A DNA stretch of 64,000 bases, taken from assembly GCA_002898355.1 (NCBI GenBank), contig BEHD01000010.1:2637-66636 (forward strand), read 5' to 3'. The position numbers and the translations under genes were made by a program. A model generated the notes under the pieces. It was not told where the DNA came from, did no database searches, and saw nothing but the letters and a program-made list of their open reading frames with translations. The number at the start of each line of letters is the position of its first letter. Position 1 is the first letter of the stretch. Positions 18,134-26,357 of this stretch are shown here, in pieces. The DNA is from an archaeon HR01. Lineage in GTDB: Archaea; Thermoproteota; Nitrososphaeria_A; Caldarchaeales; Caldarchaeaceae.

Positions 18134-19018
18134 GTGCGGTATTTACGAGATTTAAATAGTTACCGTGACATGCCAGATAATAGAATGAGTGGGCTGTTTG
18201 AAGGTGTGAAATCCTCAGTCCCGGTGGTGCTTTCGTTGGCTATCACCTGGTTTCTCACCTATATCATTTCGGGTGGGCCACCGCCTCCAGCCCCTGCAAT
18301 CACACCCATCCCCGAGCCTGCTGGAGATTCTGGACAGGCCCTCTATGCCCCAGCCCCATATCTGAACACGTTGATTGTTTTGACAACCCTAGTGGCGGGG
18401 GGAGTCATCATGGTATACCTGCTCCACCATCACCGAGCCCTCAAAGTCTTCGCTGCCTCACTTACTGCCGCAGCATCCTTCTCGGTGACAAGTTATTTTC
18501 TTCTCTTAGCCAGCCCATTGGATGGGCTCTTCGTCTTCACCATCTCGGGTCTCGCCGCATTAGCTGTTCTCTACTCCATCTTCAAGCGGGGAGGGGTGCC
18601 ATCAGTGTTAGCCTCTGCTTATGTGGGTGCATCGGCAGGCTCCGTTATGGGCATCTCCATACCTTACTGGACAGCCATCATAGTGTTGATAGGGGTCTCA
18701 GCATACGATATTGTAGCCGTCTCTATAGGTCCTCTCAAAGTATTAGGGAGTGATAAAGTCGGGAGGATACCTGGGTTAATGGTGGACTTTGGAGGCATCA
18801 GCCTAGGGATGGGTGACCTCTTCTTCTACTCTGTTGCGCAATCCTTCTCCATCTATCATTGGGGGCCCCAGGCTGGCCTGATGTCAACAACAGGTCTCGT
18901 AATAGGCTTCCTTACAACAGTATACCTCGCTGGAAAAAGACGCATTATCGCCGGACTCCCACTGCCCCTCACCCTCTCGCTTGCACTAGGCTATCTAGCA
19001 GGCTCTCTCCTTCAGTAG
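18134..19018 (+). CDS. GxGD-type intramembrane aspartyl protease candidate (presenilin/SPP-like A22, or prepilin-peptidase-like)
   Basis: Polytopic membrane protein, 294 aa. YD motif (GVSAYDIVAV) and GxGD motif (LGMGDLFFYS) about 40 aa apart in adjacent TM helices. P-x-L near the C-terminus. Confidence 0.45.
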   Translation: MRYLRDLNSYRDMPDNRMSGLFEGVKSSVPVVLSLAITWFLTYIISGGPPPPAPAITPIPEPAGDSGQALYAPAPYLNTLIVLTTLVAGGVIMVYLLHHHRALKVFAASLTAAASFSVTSYFLLLASPLDGLFVFTISGLAALAVLYSIFKRGGVPSVLASAYVGASAGSVMGISIPYWTAIIVLIGVSAYDIVAVSIGPLKVLGSDKVGRIPGLMVDFGGISLGMGDLFFYSVAQSFSIYHWGPQAGLMSTTGLVIGFLTTVYLAGKRRIIAGLPLPLTLSLALGYLAGSLLQ

Positions 19019-19968
19019 AGATGGCAGGCTACATACCTACCCCGACCGACATATCTCAGCGTAGGTTCCTCACCTCTGCATCTATCAAAAGCATACGGAC
19101 ATCTGGGATGGAAACTGCAGCCAGGAGGTTTTCTCGCAGGGTTGGGAGGCTCACCCTTCAGCATCGGGCGCTCGATAAACCTGTTTCGCGGGTCGGGTTC
19201 AGGCACAGACTCCACCAAAGCCTTCGTATAAGGATGGAGAGGCTCCCACAACACATCCGGGACAGGGCCTAACTCGACTATCTTACCAAGATACATAACC
19301 GCCAGACGGTCTGAGAAATACCTAGAGGTAGCTATGTCGTGGGTAATATAGAGGAAGGATATACCTTCAGATTTCTGAAGACCCTTCATGAGTTCTAGGA
19401 TCTCGACCCTACTTGATGCGTCTATCATTGAGACAGGTTCATCGGCCACTATATACCGGGGCTTGAGGATTAAGGCTCTAGCTAGGGCAACCCTCTGCCT
19501 CTGCCCACCGGAGAGCTGGTGGGGATATTTCAACGCAATCTCCTCAGGCGGAGTAAGCCTGACCTTCTCCAAGGTCTCCATAACTCTCTCCCTCCTATCA
19601 TTGATTCCATGTATTATGAGAGGCTCTTCAACAATGTGGTAGACATCCATGAAGGGGTTGAGGCTGGAGTATGGGTCTTGAAAGACAATCTGGCCCTCAC
19701 GCCTGAATAGACGGAGATTATCATCATCCAGACCTGTCAGCTCCACCCCTCTAAAGTATATTTTACCGGCTGTAGGTCTGACCAGAAGAAGAGTTGCACG
19801 TCCTAGTGTTGTTTTCCCGCATCCCGACTCCCCCACCAGACCGAGGGTCTCACCCTGGAAAATGCTCAAGCTCACCCCATCCACTGCCTTCACAACCTGT
19901 TTAGAAAACAGGGTCCTGCGGGACATGAAATAGACAGAGAGGTTTTCCACCTTCAGCAGGGGCTCCAT
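19012..19968 (-). CDS. ABC transporter ATP-binding protein, oligopeptide/dipeptide type (OppF/DppF-like)
   Basis: Walker [10 protein letters not shown], signature LSGGQRQR, Walker B, C-terminal Opp-type extension with CxxC. Confidence 0.85.
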   Translation of the reverse strand: MEPLLKVENLSVYFMSRRTLFSKQVVKAVDGVSLSIFQGETLGLVGESGCGKTTLGRATLLLVRPTAGKIYFRGVELTGLDDDNLRLFRREGQIVFQDPYSSLNPFMDVYHIVEEPLIIHGINDRRERVMETLEKVRLTPPEEIALKYPHQLSGGQRQRVALARALILKPRYIVADEPVSMIDASSRVEILELMKGLQKSEGISFLYITHDIATSRYFSDRLAVMYLGKIVELGPVPDVLWEPLHPYTKALVESVPEPDPRNRFIERPMLKGEPPNPARKPPGCSFHPRCPYAFDRCRGEEPTLRYVGRGRYVACHLY

Positions 19969-19972
19969 AATG

Positions 19973-20926
19973 TCACCCGTAGAGAAGGCATCTCACCTTT
20001 ACCCTGCCACTAGAAAACATCGGGGGACGAACGGATATGCAGCGGTCAAACATTACTGGGCATCGTGGATGGAATCGACACCCTGAGGGCGGGTTAACAA
20101 GATCAGGTGGAGAGCCGGGGATATATTCTGGGGGTCTATCCCCCCGCAGCCTAGGTGTAGCAGCCAGAAGCTTTCTCGTATATGGATGAAGCGGATTCGT
20201 CAACACATCATCCGCATCACCCAGCTCAACGAGTTCACCTGCATACATTACAGATATCCTGTCACATATATCACTGGCCAGCGTGATGTCATGGGTTATG
20301 AATATCATGGCCAAACCCATATCCCTCTTTAGTCTTTTAAGGAGGTTCATTATCTGTGTCTGAACCGATACATCGAGGGCCGAGGTCGGCTCATCCAGTA
20401 TGACCAGTTTAGGTCTTAGTATGAGCGCCATAGCGAGCATAGCCCTCTGCTTCATCCCCCCGCTAAGCTCATGGGGGTAACGCCATATCGTCTCCTCAGG
20501 AAGCCCCAGCATCGAGAAGAGACGAGCTACCTCCCCCCTAGCCTTATCCCAGGAGATTTTCCTACTCTGCATCAACGGCTCGGCCACCTGAAAACCGATC
20601 CTCAGAACTGGATTGAAGCTGTTTAAAGCACCCTGGAATACCATCGAAATCTTTCTCCATCTAATCTCCTGGTCATATCTCTCTGCAGGTATTGCAAGAA
20701 TGTCTTCACCATCGAAGAGCAGTTCCCCACTACTAAAGCATACATTGTCAGGGAGAGTCCTCATGATGGCTAGGGCTATGCTTGTTTTGCCGCATCCCGA
20801 CTCCCCCACCAGCCCCATGGTCTCCCCCTTTTCCAGCTGGAAAGACACATCCTCCACAGCCCTCAGCACACCCCTCTCAGTCATGTAGTGGATGGTTAGA
20901 TTTCTCACATCCAGTAACACCATCAT
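19973..20926 (-). CDS. ABC transporter ATP-binding protein, oligopeptide/dipeptide type (OppD/DppD-like)
   Basis: [28 protein letters not shown]-terminal oligopeptide-ABC tail. Confidence 0.85.
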   Translation of the reverse strand: MMVLLDVRNLTIHYMTERGVLRAVEDVSFQLEKGETMGLVGESGCGKTSIALAIMRTLPDNVCFSSGELLFDGEDILAIPAERYDQEIRWRKISMVFQGALNSFNPVLRIGFQVAEPLMQSRKISWDKARGEVARLFSMLGLPEETIWRYPHELSGGMKQRAMLAMALILRPKLVILDEPTSALDVSVQTQIMNLLKRLKRDMGLAMIFITHDITLASDICDRISVMYAGELVELGDADDVLTNPLHPYTRKLLAATPRLRGDRPPEYIPGSPPDLVNPPSGCRFHPRCPVMFDRCISVRPPMFSSGRVKVRCLLYG

Positions 20927-22344
20927 CTCATCCTCCTAAGCCTAGGACTCACCACCGGCTCAAGACCGAGGGATAGAAGGATGAAGGTAAGACCCGTTAC
21001 CACTATCAGGACGCCTGGAGGTATGATCCACCACCATAACCCTATGTTCACGCCACCACTTCTGAAGGAGTAGTCCAGCATCTGACCCCAGCTGGGTAGG
21101 GAGGGATCTCCAAGGCCGAGAAAGCTTAGAGATGCTTCAGCAAGTATCGCCGACGGCGTTGAGAGAATCATCTGGGCCAGGATGAACGGTGCTATTCGTG
21201 GAAAGACATGTCTAGACATTATACGCCATCTTGGGGCGCCTAGAGAGACAGCGGCCTCCACATACTGTTCAGACTTCACCTGCAACACTATAGACCTCAC
21301 CACGATGGTCAGCCCAGACCAGCCGAAGACAACGAGGATCATTACAATAAGCCATATGCTGGGTTTGAAGATGAAGGTGAAGAAGATGAGGAGGGGGAGC
21401 AGAGGTATGTTGTTAAGGATATCGGAGACCCTCTGTATGATCTCGTCAACCCTGCCACCGATGTAGCCGCTCATTATCCCAAGACTTGACCCAATAGAGG
21501 TTGTTAGGACCGATGTCACGAGGCCTATGAGGAGCGCCACTGGAAACCCGAACAGTAATCCGGCCGCCAGATCCCGACCGATCCTATCAGTTCCGGATAA
21601 GCCGTAAACCTTCCCACCCACAACAAACTTAGCCCATGAAAGGTTATCATCATGAGTATCACCTATAAACACCACATTCACTATATACCTCCCCTTTAGA
21701 ACTCTCTCCCCCAGTCCTTCACCAGATAGCTCGAGAAAGATTATTCTCTCCGGCCCCAGCCTGGCCACATCATTATATGAGAGGTCTACATTATTCATCC
21801 TCAGAAAAAGTTGGAGCGACCTGGCCACCTGTTCTTCTCCGCTGAGAAATATCCTTTGGGATGGGTCAAACCTCCTATAGGGGGGTGTTTCCTCCGGGAG
21901 GACAGTACCAGCCGTGGCGAAGTATAGCGGGACTGTGAGCCCGTCTGGCCTCTCAACTGTTATTTCCAGATAGGGCGGCCGGCCATAAAAGATTGCCGGT
22001 CCCAAAGTGATGGATAGGAAGCTGGGTGTATCCGAGTATTCGTATTGGAAGTCCAGCCGGTAAACCTTGTAGTACTGGCCGTCTGAATATGTGTATGCCG
22101 GACTATCTGTGAGAATAACCATGTGTTCGGGGAGTTTATCTGCAGTGAATAGGTTCACCCATGAGGGGGGTGCCTCCTTAGGGTAGTCGGCCCAGTAGCC
22201 GGGGTTGTTCCAGATTCGCAGCCCGAAATCCTGTGGATACGTGATTAGGACATATAGCGAGACTATAGTCATGGAGGCTAGGAGCAAGACTCCCGCCTTT
22301 GACGTCGGCGAGCTCCAGAAAACCCTCCACTCACGTGCCGGCAT
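20923..22344 (-). CDS. ABC transporter permease (OppC/DppC-like) with long N-terminal extracytoplasmic domain
   Basis: C-terminal half carries the BPD-transporter EAA-like loop. Approx 230-aa N-terminal domain after the first TM. Confidence 0.8.
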   Translation of the reverse strand: MPAREWRVFWSSPTSKAGVLLLASMTIVSLYVLITYPQDFGLRIWNNPGYWADYPKEAPPSWVNLFTADKLPEHMVILTDSPAYTYSDGQYYKVYRLDFQYEYSDTPSFLSITLGPAIFYGRPPYLEITVERPDGLTVPLYFATAGTVLPEETPPYRRFDPSQRIFLSGEEQVARSLQLFLRMNNVDLSYNDVARLGPERIIFLELSGEGLGERVLKGRYIVNVVFIGDTHDDNLSWAKFVVGGKVYGLSGTDRIGRDLAAGLLFGFPVALLIGLVTSVLTTSIGSSLGIMSGYIGGRVDEIIQRVSDILNNIPLLPLLIFFTFIFKPSIWLIVMILVVFGWSGLTIVVRSIVLQVKSEQYVEAAVSLGAPRWRIMSRHVFPRIAPFILAQMILSTPSAILAEASLSFLGLGDPSLPSWGQMLDYSFRSGGVNIGLWWWIIPPGVLIVVTGLTFILLSLGLEPVVSPRLRRMR

Positions 22345-23390
22345 TATATCCTAACCCTCGGGTCAAGAACCACATAGAGAATCTCGAGGATGAACCGTGA
22401 GGCAATATAGATGAGGGTGTAGAGATATGTTAGGGCTATCACTAGGTTTTCATCGAACGATGTTATGGCCTCGTAGTAAAGCCTACCCATGCCTGGGAAG
22501 TTGAAGACTGTCTCAGTTAGAATAGCTCCGCCTATCGAGCCGGAAATAGCGAAAACTATGTTGGTAACTATCGGCGGTGCCGCAGGCCTTATGATGTACC
22601 GTCTCATGAGGAGATTCTCCTTGAGACCCTTGGCCCTAGCGACAGCCACAAAATCTTCCCTAGTCACGTTTAACACTATTGTCCTAGAAATATAGGCCCA
22701 ACCGCCTAATATCACCGTTACCAGAGTCAGGACTGGTAGCGTAGCATGCCATAAAATGTCGGCGGCTCTTTCCAGGGGTGTTGTCGGTGGTGGAGTACTG
22801 TAGAGACCCCCGAATGGGAAGATTCCGAGATAGAAGCTGAAGGCGAGGATGTAGATCAGCCCCATCCACCATGAGGGGAGTGCGAATGAGACAGAAGAGA
22901 ATAACGATACGGCTCGGTCATATCTAGAGCCAGCCTTGAGGGCGGCTCTGGCGCCGAGGGCTATCCCGACAGCACTACTGATAGCCACGGCCGTTGTGAC
23001 AAGGGCAACGGTGTTTGGAAGCCTCTCCAGAATTATATCGGACACCTTGGAGCTGCCTGAAAAGGATGTTACTGTTCTGGAGCTGCCCAGGTCTAGGATT
23101 AAAACCCTTAGAATCATCTGTGGGAGTCTGGTATACCATGGCCGGTCTAGCCCATAGGCTGTTATTAGCTCGGACCGATATGTTTCTAGCGCCCTCTCCA
23201 GCTCCACCGGGTCTCTTATTCTCTGGGAAAGCTCCTGTCTCACAGCCCTCAACTGCTCGCCCACATAGGCTGTCAAAATCCTATCCGATACACCTGTGGC
23301 TCCTAGAACCAAGACCACCAACATCAAGACCCCGAAAAGCACCAAAATAAGAGTCACGGCCTTCAGAGCCAGAACCCTCACCAGACTCAT
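22344..23390 (-). CDS. ABC transporter permease (OppB/DppB-like)
   Basis: Six-TM BPD permease. Probable start at internal Met MSLVRVLALKAV (the ORF-track start at 23501 adds a non-hydrophobic 37-aa extension and would overlap the neighbour). Confidence 0.8.
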   Translation of the reverse strand: MSLVRVLALKAVTLILVLFGVLMLVVLVLGATGVSDRILTAYVGEQLRAVRQELSQRIRDPVELERALETYRSELITAYGLDRPWYTRLPQMILRVLILDLGSSRTVTSFSGSSKVSDIILERLPNTVALVTTAVAISSAVGIALGARAALKAGSRYDRAVSLFSSVSFALPSWWMGLIYILAFSFYLGIFPFGGLYSTPPPTTPLERAADILWHATLPVLTLVTVILGGWAYISRTIVLNVTREDFVAVARAKGLKENLLMRRYIIRPAAPPIVTNIVFAISGSIGGAILTETVFNFPGMGRLYYEAITSFDENLVIALTYLYTLIYIASRFILEILYVVLDPRVRI

Positions 23391-23465
23391 CCTATGAAAA
23401 AAGTATAGACAATAATATAACTTCACGCCGAGATTAGATAAATATCGCCATCTGTCATCAGTTTT

Positions 23466-24338
23466 GTGAATTCTTCTGAGTTTGTGGCTGCCTGCTGTCA
23501 ATCAGGCCTGTTACTGGAGCTTGCCACCACACCCAAGCCGGGGCTGGTGGACAGGATGTCAAGAGTCTCCGAGTTCGACAAGTTCCTTATCTCCGCCGTG
23601 GTCCTTTATAGACACTTTAGGAGGGCGGCTGAGGGGTTGCCTGTTGGGAAATGTATCGAGGATGCGTGTAGGGATATGCTTTTACGGCAGAGTGGTGGGA
23701 ATACCCATCTAGGCGCTGTCCTATTGTTGATGCCTGTGGCGGCGGCCGCCCGTACATACGGTGATGCAGAACAGCTGCGGGGAGGGCTGAAGGCATTACT
23801 GAAGGAGCTGGATTACCGTGACACCATTTCTATTTTCAGAGCTGTGAGGATGGTACGCCCAGGCGGCTTGGGCAGAGTTGGCTTCCTCGATGTGATGGAT
23901 GAGCGTACCTTCGAAAAGATAGTCAGGAATAGGATAGGCCCCCTTAAGGCGTTAACTCCGTACAGGGAGTGGGATGTGGTGGCCCATGAGTATCTGACCG
24001 GCTACGAGGCATGTTACAGATTTGGATTCAGATATCTCAAGGCTGAGATAGATTCGGGTAAGGGTTTTAACGAGGCAGGGGTCAACACCTTTCTCAATAT
24101 TATGGCGAACATTTGGGATACCCATGTGATAAGGAGGCATGGTAGGCCCTCAGCGAGGATGCTCTCCCGGATGGCCCGCCGTGTGCTTGATGCTGGTGGA
24201 GCCTCCACTGAGGAGGGTGTGGAGGCTCTGGGAGAGTTTAGGATGAAGGTGGAGAGGGCCGGATACAGGCCCGCCGCCTCGGCCGACATACTGGCTGTTT
24301 CATTCACATTGTTGATGTTGGATGGGTGGAGTCCCTAA
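23466..24338 (+). CDS. CitG/MdcB-family triphosphoribosyl-dephospho-CoA synthase-like protein
   Basis: LELATTPKPGLVDR motif is characteristic of the CitG family. About 290 aa. Confidence 0.55.
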   Translation: MNSSEFVAACCQSGLLLELATTPKPGLVDRMSRVSEFDKFLISAVVLYRHFRRAAEGLPVGKCIEDACRDMLLRQSGGNTHLGAVLLLMPVAAAARTYGDAEQLRGGLKALLKELDYRDTISIFRAVRMVRPGGLGRVGFLDVMDERTFEKIVRNRIGPLKALTPYREWDVVAHEYLTGYEACYRFGFRYLKAEIDSGKGFNEAGVNTFLNIMANIWDTHVIRRHGRPSARMLSRMARRVLDAGGASTEEGVEALGEFRMKVERAGYRPAASADILAVSFTLLMLDGWSP

Positions 24339-25183
24339 CCATACCCTCTGTAAATTTTCCTCAGCCTTTCCATGTTGGTTCTATAGTTTCCTCGTCTATC
24401 CTCCGGTGTTTCAAGAACCATAGGCTTATCCCTCACATATTTGTGGTTGATGAAGGCTTCAAACCCTTTCAGTCCTATATTACCCAATCCAATGTGTTCA
24501 TGGCGGTCTAGGCCGCTGGCCAGCGCCCCCTTGGAGTCGTTGAGATGCACAGCTTTTAAATGCTTAACACCCACGATGTTATCAAACTCTTCAATAGTCT
24601 TCTCAACAGCCTCCTCCCCAGAGATATCGTATCCCGCACCGTGTAGGTGGCATGTATCGAGGCAGACGCCCACCCTATCACTGTCTCCAAGACCCTCTAA
24701 AATCTTTGACAGGTCTTCAAATCGGCTGCCACACGAGTTTCTCTGCCCTGCCATGTTTTCGAGAAGTATCTTCACATCGTTACCCACCTTAGACAGGCCC
24801 GTCTGGCATGCCTCCACCACCTTGGCTATTCCAGCCTCTTTTCCAGCCCCCAGATGACTACCCACATGGACCACAAGCATGCCTATGCCCAGCTGGCCGC
24901 ATCTCTCCAGCTCAGCCACAAGAGATTGGACAGATTTGGCGTGTATAAGCTTCTTAGGTGATGCTATGTTGGGAAGATATGGCATGTGCGCCATAACCAC
25001 TTTAAACCCTTGCCTATCCAGCTTCTCTCTGAAAGCCACCACATCCTTTTCTTTTAACTTGGTGTACCGCCAGCCTCTAGGATTTCTAGTGAATATTTGG
25101 AAGGTTGTGCATCCAAGGTCCACGGCCCTATCCACCGCAAGGTCTATCGAACCCGCAATTGAGACATGGGCGCCCAGCAGCAA
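24335..25183 (-). CDS. nfo: endonuclease IV (AP endonuclease family 2)
   Basis: TIM-barrel AP endonuclease signature: MLLGAHVSIAGS..., metal-binding His/Asp/Glu pattern (HxxY, D..H.H, GLGN). Confidence 0.85.
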   Translation of the reverse strand: MLLGAHVSIAGSIDLAVDRAVDLGCTTFQIFTRNPRGWRYTKLKEKDVVAFREKLDRQGFKVVMAHMPYLPNIASPKKLIHAKSVQSLVAELERCGQLGIGMLVVHVGSHLGAGKEAGIAKVVEACQTGLSKVGNDVKILLENMAGQRNSCGSRFEDLSKILEGLGDSDRVGVCLDTCHLHGAGYDISGEEAVEKTIEEFDNIVGVKHLKAVHLNDSKGALASGLDRHEHIGLGNIGLKGFEAFINHKYVRDKPMVLETPEDRRGNYRTNMERLRKIYRGYG

Positions 25184-25242
25184 TCCGTCGGAAGAGTAGA
25201 TATGACATGCTTAAATATCTATAGGGGCTATCTGGCCGATAG

Positions 25243-25593
25243 ATGGAAACAATTCATAAGTGCCCTCTATGCGGCGAGGCTGTAACCTGGGTTGAGCGGC
25301 AGACAGGCCTCTACGCCTGCCTCTACACATGTATCAAAATAACCCCACTACCAAAACATCTTGCCACAAGACACCGGGAATACCTTGAAGAGGCGAAGAA
25401 GATTGCGCCGCCGATATTCTACTCCGCCCTATTCTTCGCCGCCCTTTCCATATTATACCTAGTCTTGTGGCCTTCAAATCTCATAGTCCCTGGAGCCTCC
25501 CTAGCTGGTGTAGGGTTCTTTCTAATACTTGGATGGATTATGCGGGTTCGGCTGATTCGCCGTCACCGTCTCCCCGGCCTGAATTCTTCCTAG
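25243..25593 (+). CDS. small membrane protein with N-terminal zinc ribbon
   Basis: CPLCGE...CLYTC then two TM helices. No family assignment. Confidence 0.3.
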   Translation: METIHKCPLCGEAVTWVERQTGLYACLYTCIKITPLPKHLATRHREYLEEAKKIAPPIFYSALFFAALSILYLVLWPSNLIVPGASLAGVGFFLILGWIMRVRLIRRHRLPGLNSS

Positions 25594-26125
25594 AATTCCT
25601 AGCTATATCTCTAGCAATCAAAGAAATGTTAACCACGATTAGAACAACCACCAGGAGGGGGCCTAGGGGGCTGAGATACTCGCCCCTGAGAAATAACGAT
25701 AGATATCCGAGACCTGTCCAATAGGGTATCTTGATGCCGGTCCATCTCCCCAATATGTGGTCGGGAGGCACAGGAGACCAGTAGTCGGGGGCACTGTTTG
25801 CATCACCCTTGGTTATGAATCCTCCAGCCACCTTACCCACCGCCCTGTGAACAATTATTGCGTTGCCCGCTCCCTTCTCACCAGGCCTGTAGAATACTAT
25901 GACGTCACCGTTCGTCGGGCTGGCCCGTATATCGTCCACGGCAACAGGCGTCACGAGTATTATGTCTCCGACCTCAATCACAGGTCTCATACTCCCGCTT
26001 TTGACCACCAGAAGAGGATAGGTGAGGCCGAGGGAAGTGTGGAGGATGGATAAGACCAGCATTACGGCGATGAGGGAGAAAACAACACCGTAAGCTATTT
26101 TTTTCGCCTTCAAGCCCCCAGCCAC
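25538..26125 (-). CDS. signal peptidase I (archaeal S26B/Sec11-type)
   Basis: N-terminal TM, catalytic Ser box SGSMRPVIEVGDIILV, conserved His region downstream. 195 aa. Confidence 0.75.
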   Translation of the reverse strand: MAGGLKAKKIAYGVVFSLIAVMLVLSILHTSLGLTYPLLVVKSGSMRPVIEVGDIILVTPVAVDDIRASPTNGDVIVFYRPGEKGAGNAIIVHRAVGKVAGGFITKGDANSAPDYWSPVPPDHILGRWTGIKIPYWTGLGYLSLFLRGEYLSPLGPLLVVVLIVVNISLIARDIARNSRKNSGRGDGDGESAEPA

Positions 26126-26357
26126 TCTAGACTTTCCAAAACCTCCTGCTAAAATAAGTATCGCAGTGCTGGGCTGAGGAGCTCTCTCCCACCCATCTCG
26201 GCCGCAGCCCAGTTCCTGAATATAACATCTTAATCAGTAGATTTGAAGCTAGCCCAGCTATATACTTATTCAAGTCCCCGCATCAGAATAGATATGTCCA
26301 AATCTCCAGACGCTACACACGTAAATGGGCATCCGGATGCTGTAAAGGGTAACAGTT

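Noticed and set aside
23391-23501. N-terminal 37-aa extension of the oppB-like permease ORF
   Set aside because: Non-hydrophobic and basic, and it would run through the AT-rich promoter and into the divergent CitG-like gene. The internal Met followed by a TM helix is the plausible start.
26126-26357. 232-bp spacer between the signal peptidase and the 908-aa surface-protein gene as a possible C/D-box or other sRNA
   Set aside because: No RUGAUGA/CUGA box pairs or stable extended hairpins found. It is more simply the 3' UTR/terminator region of the surface-protein gene plus the signal peptidase promoter.
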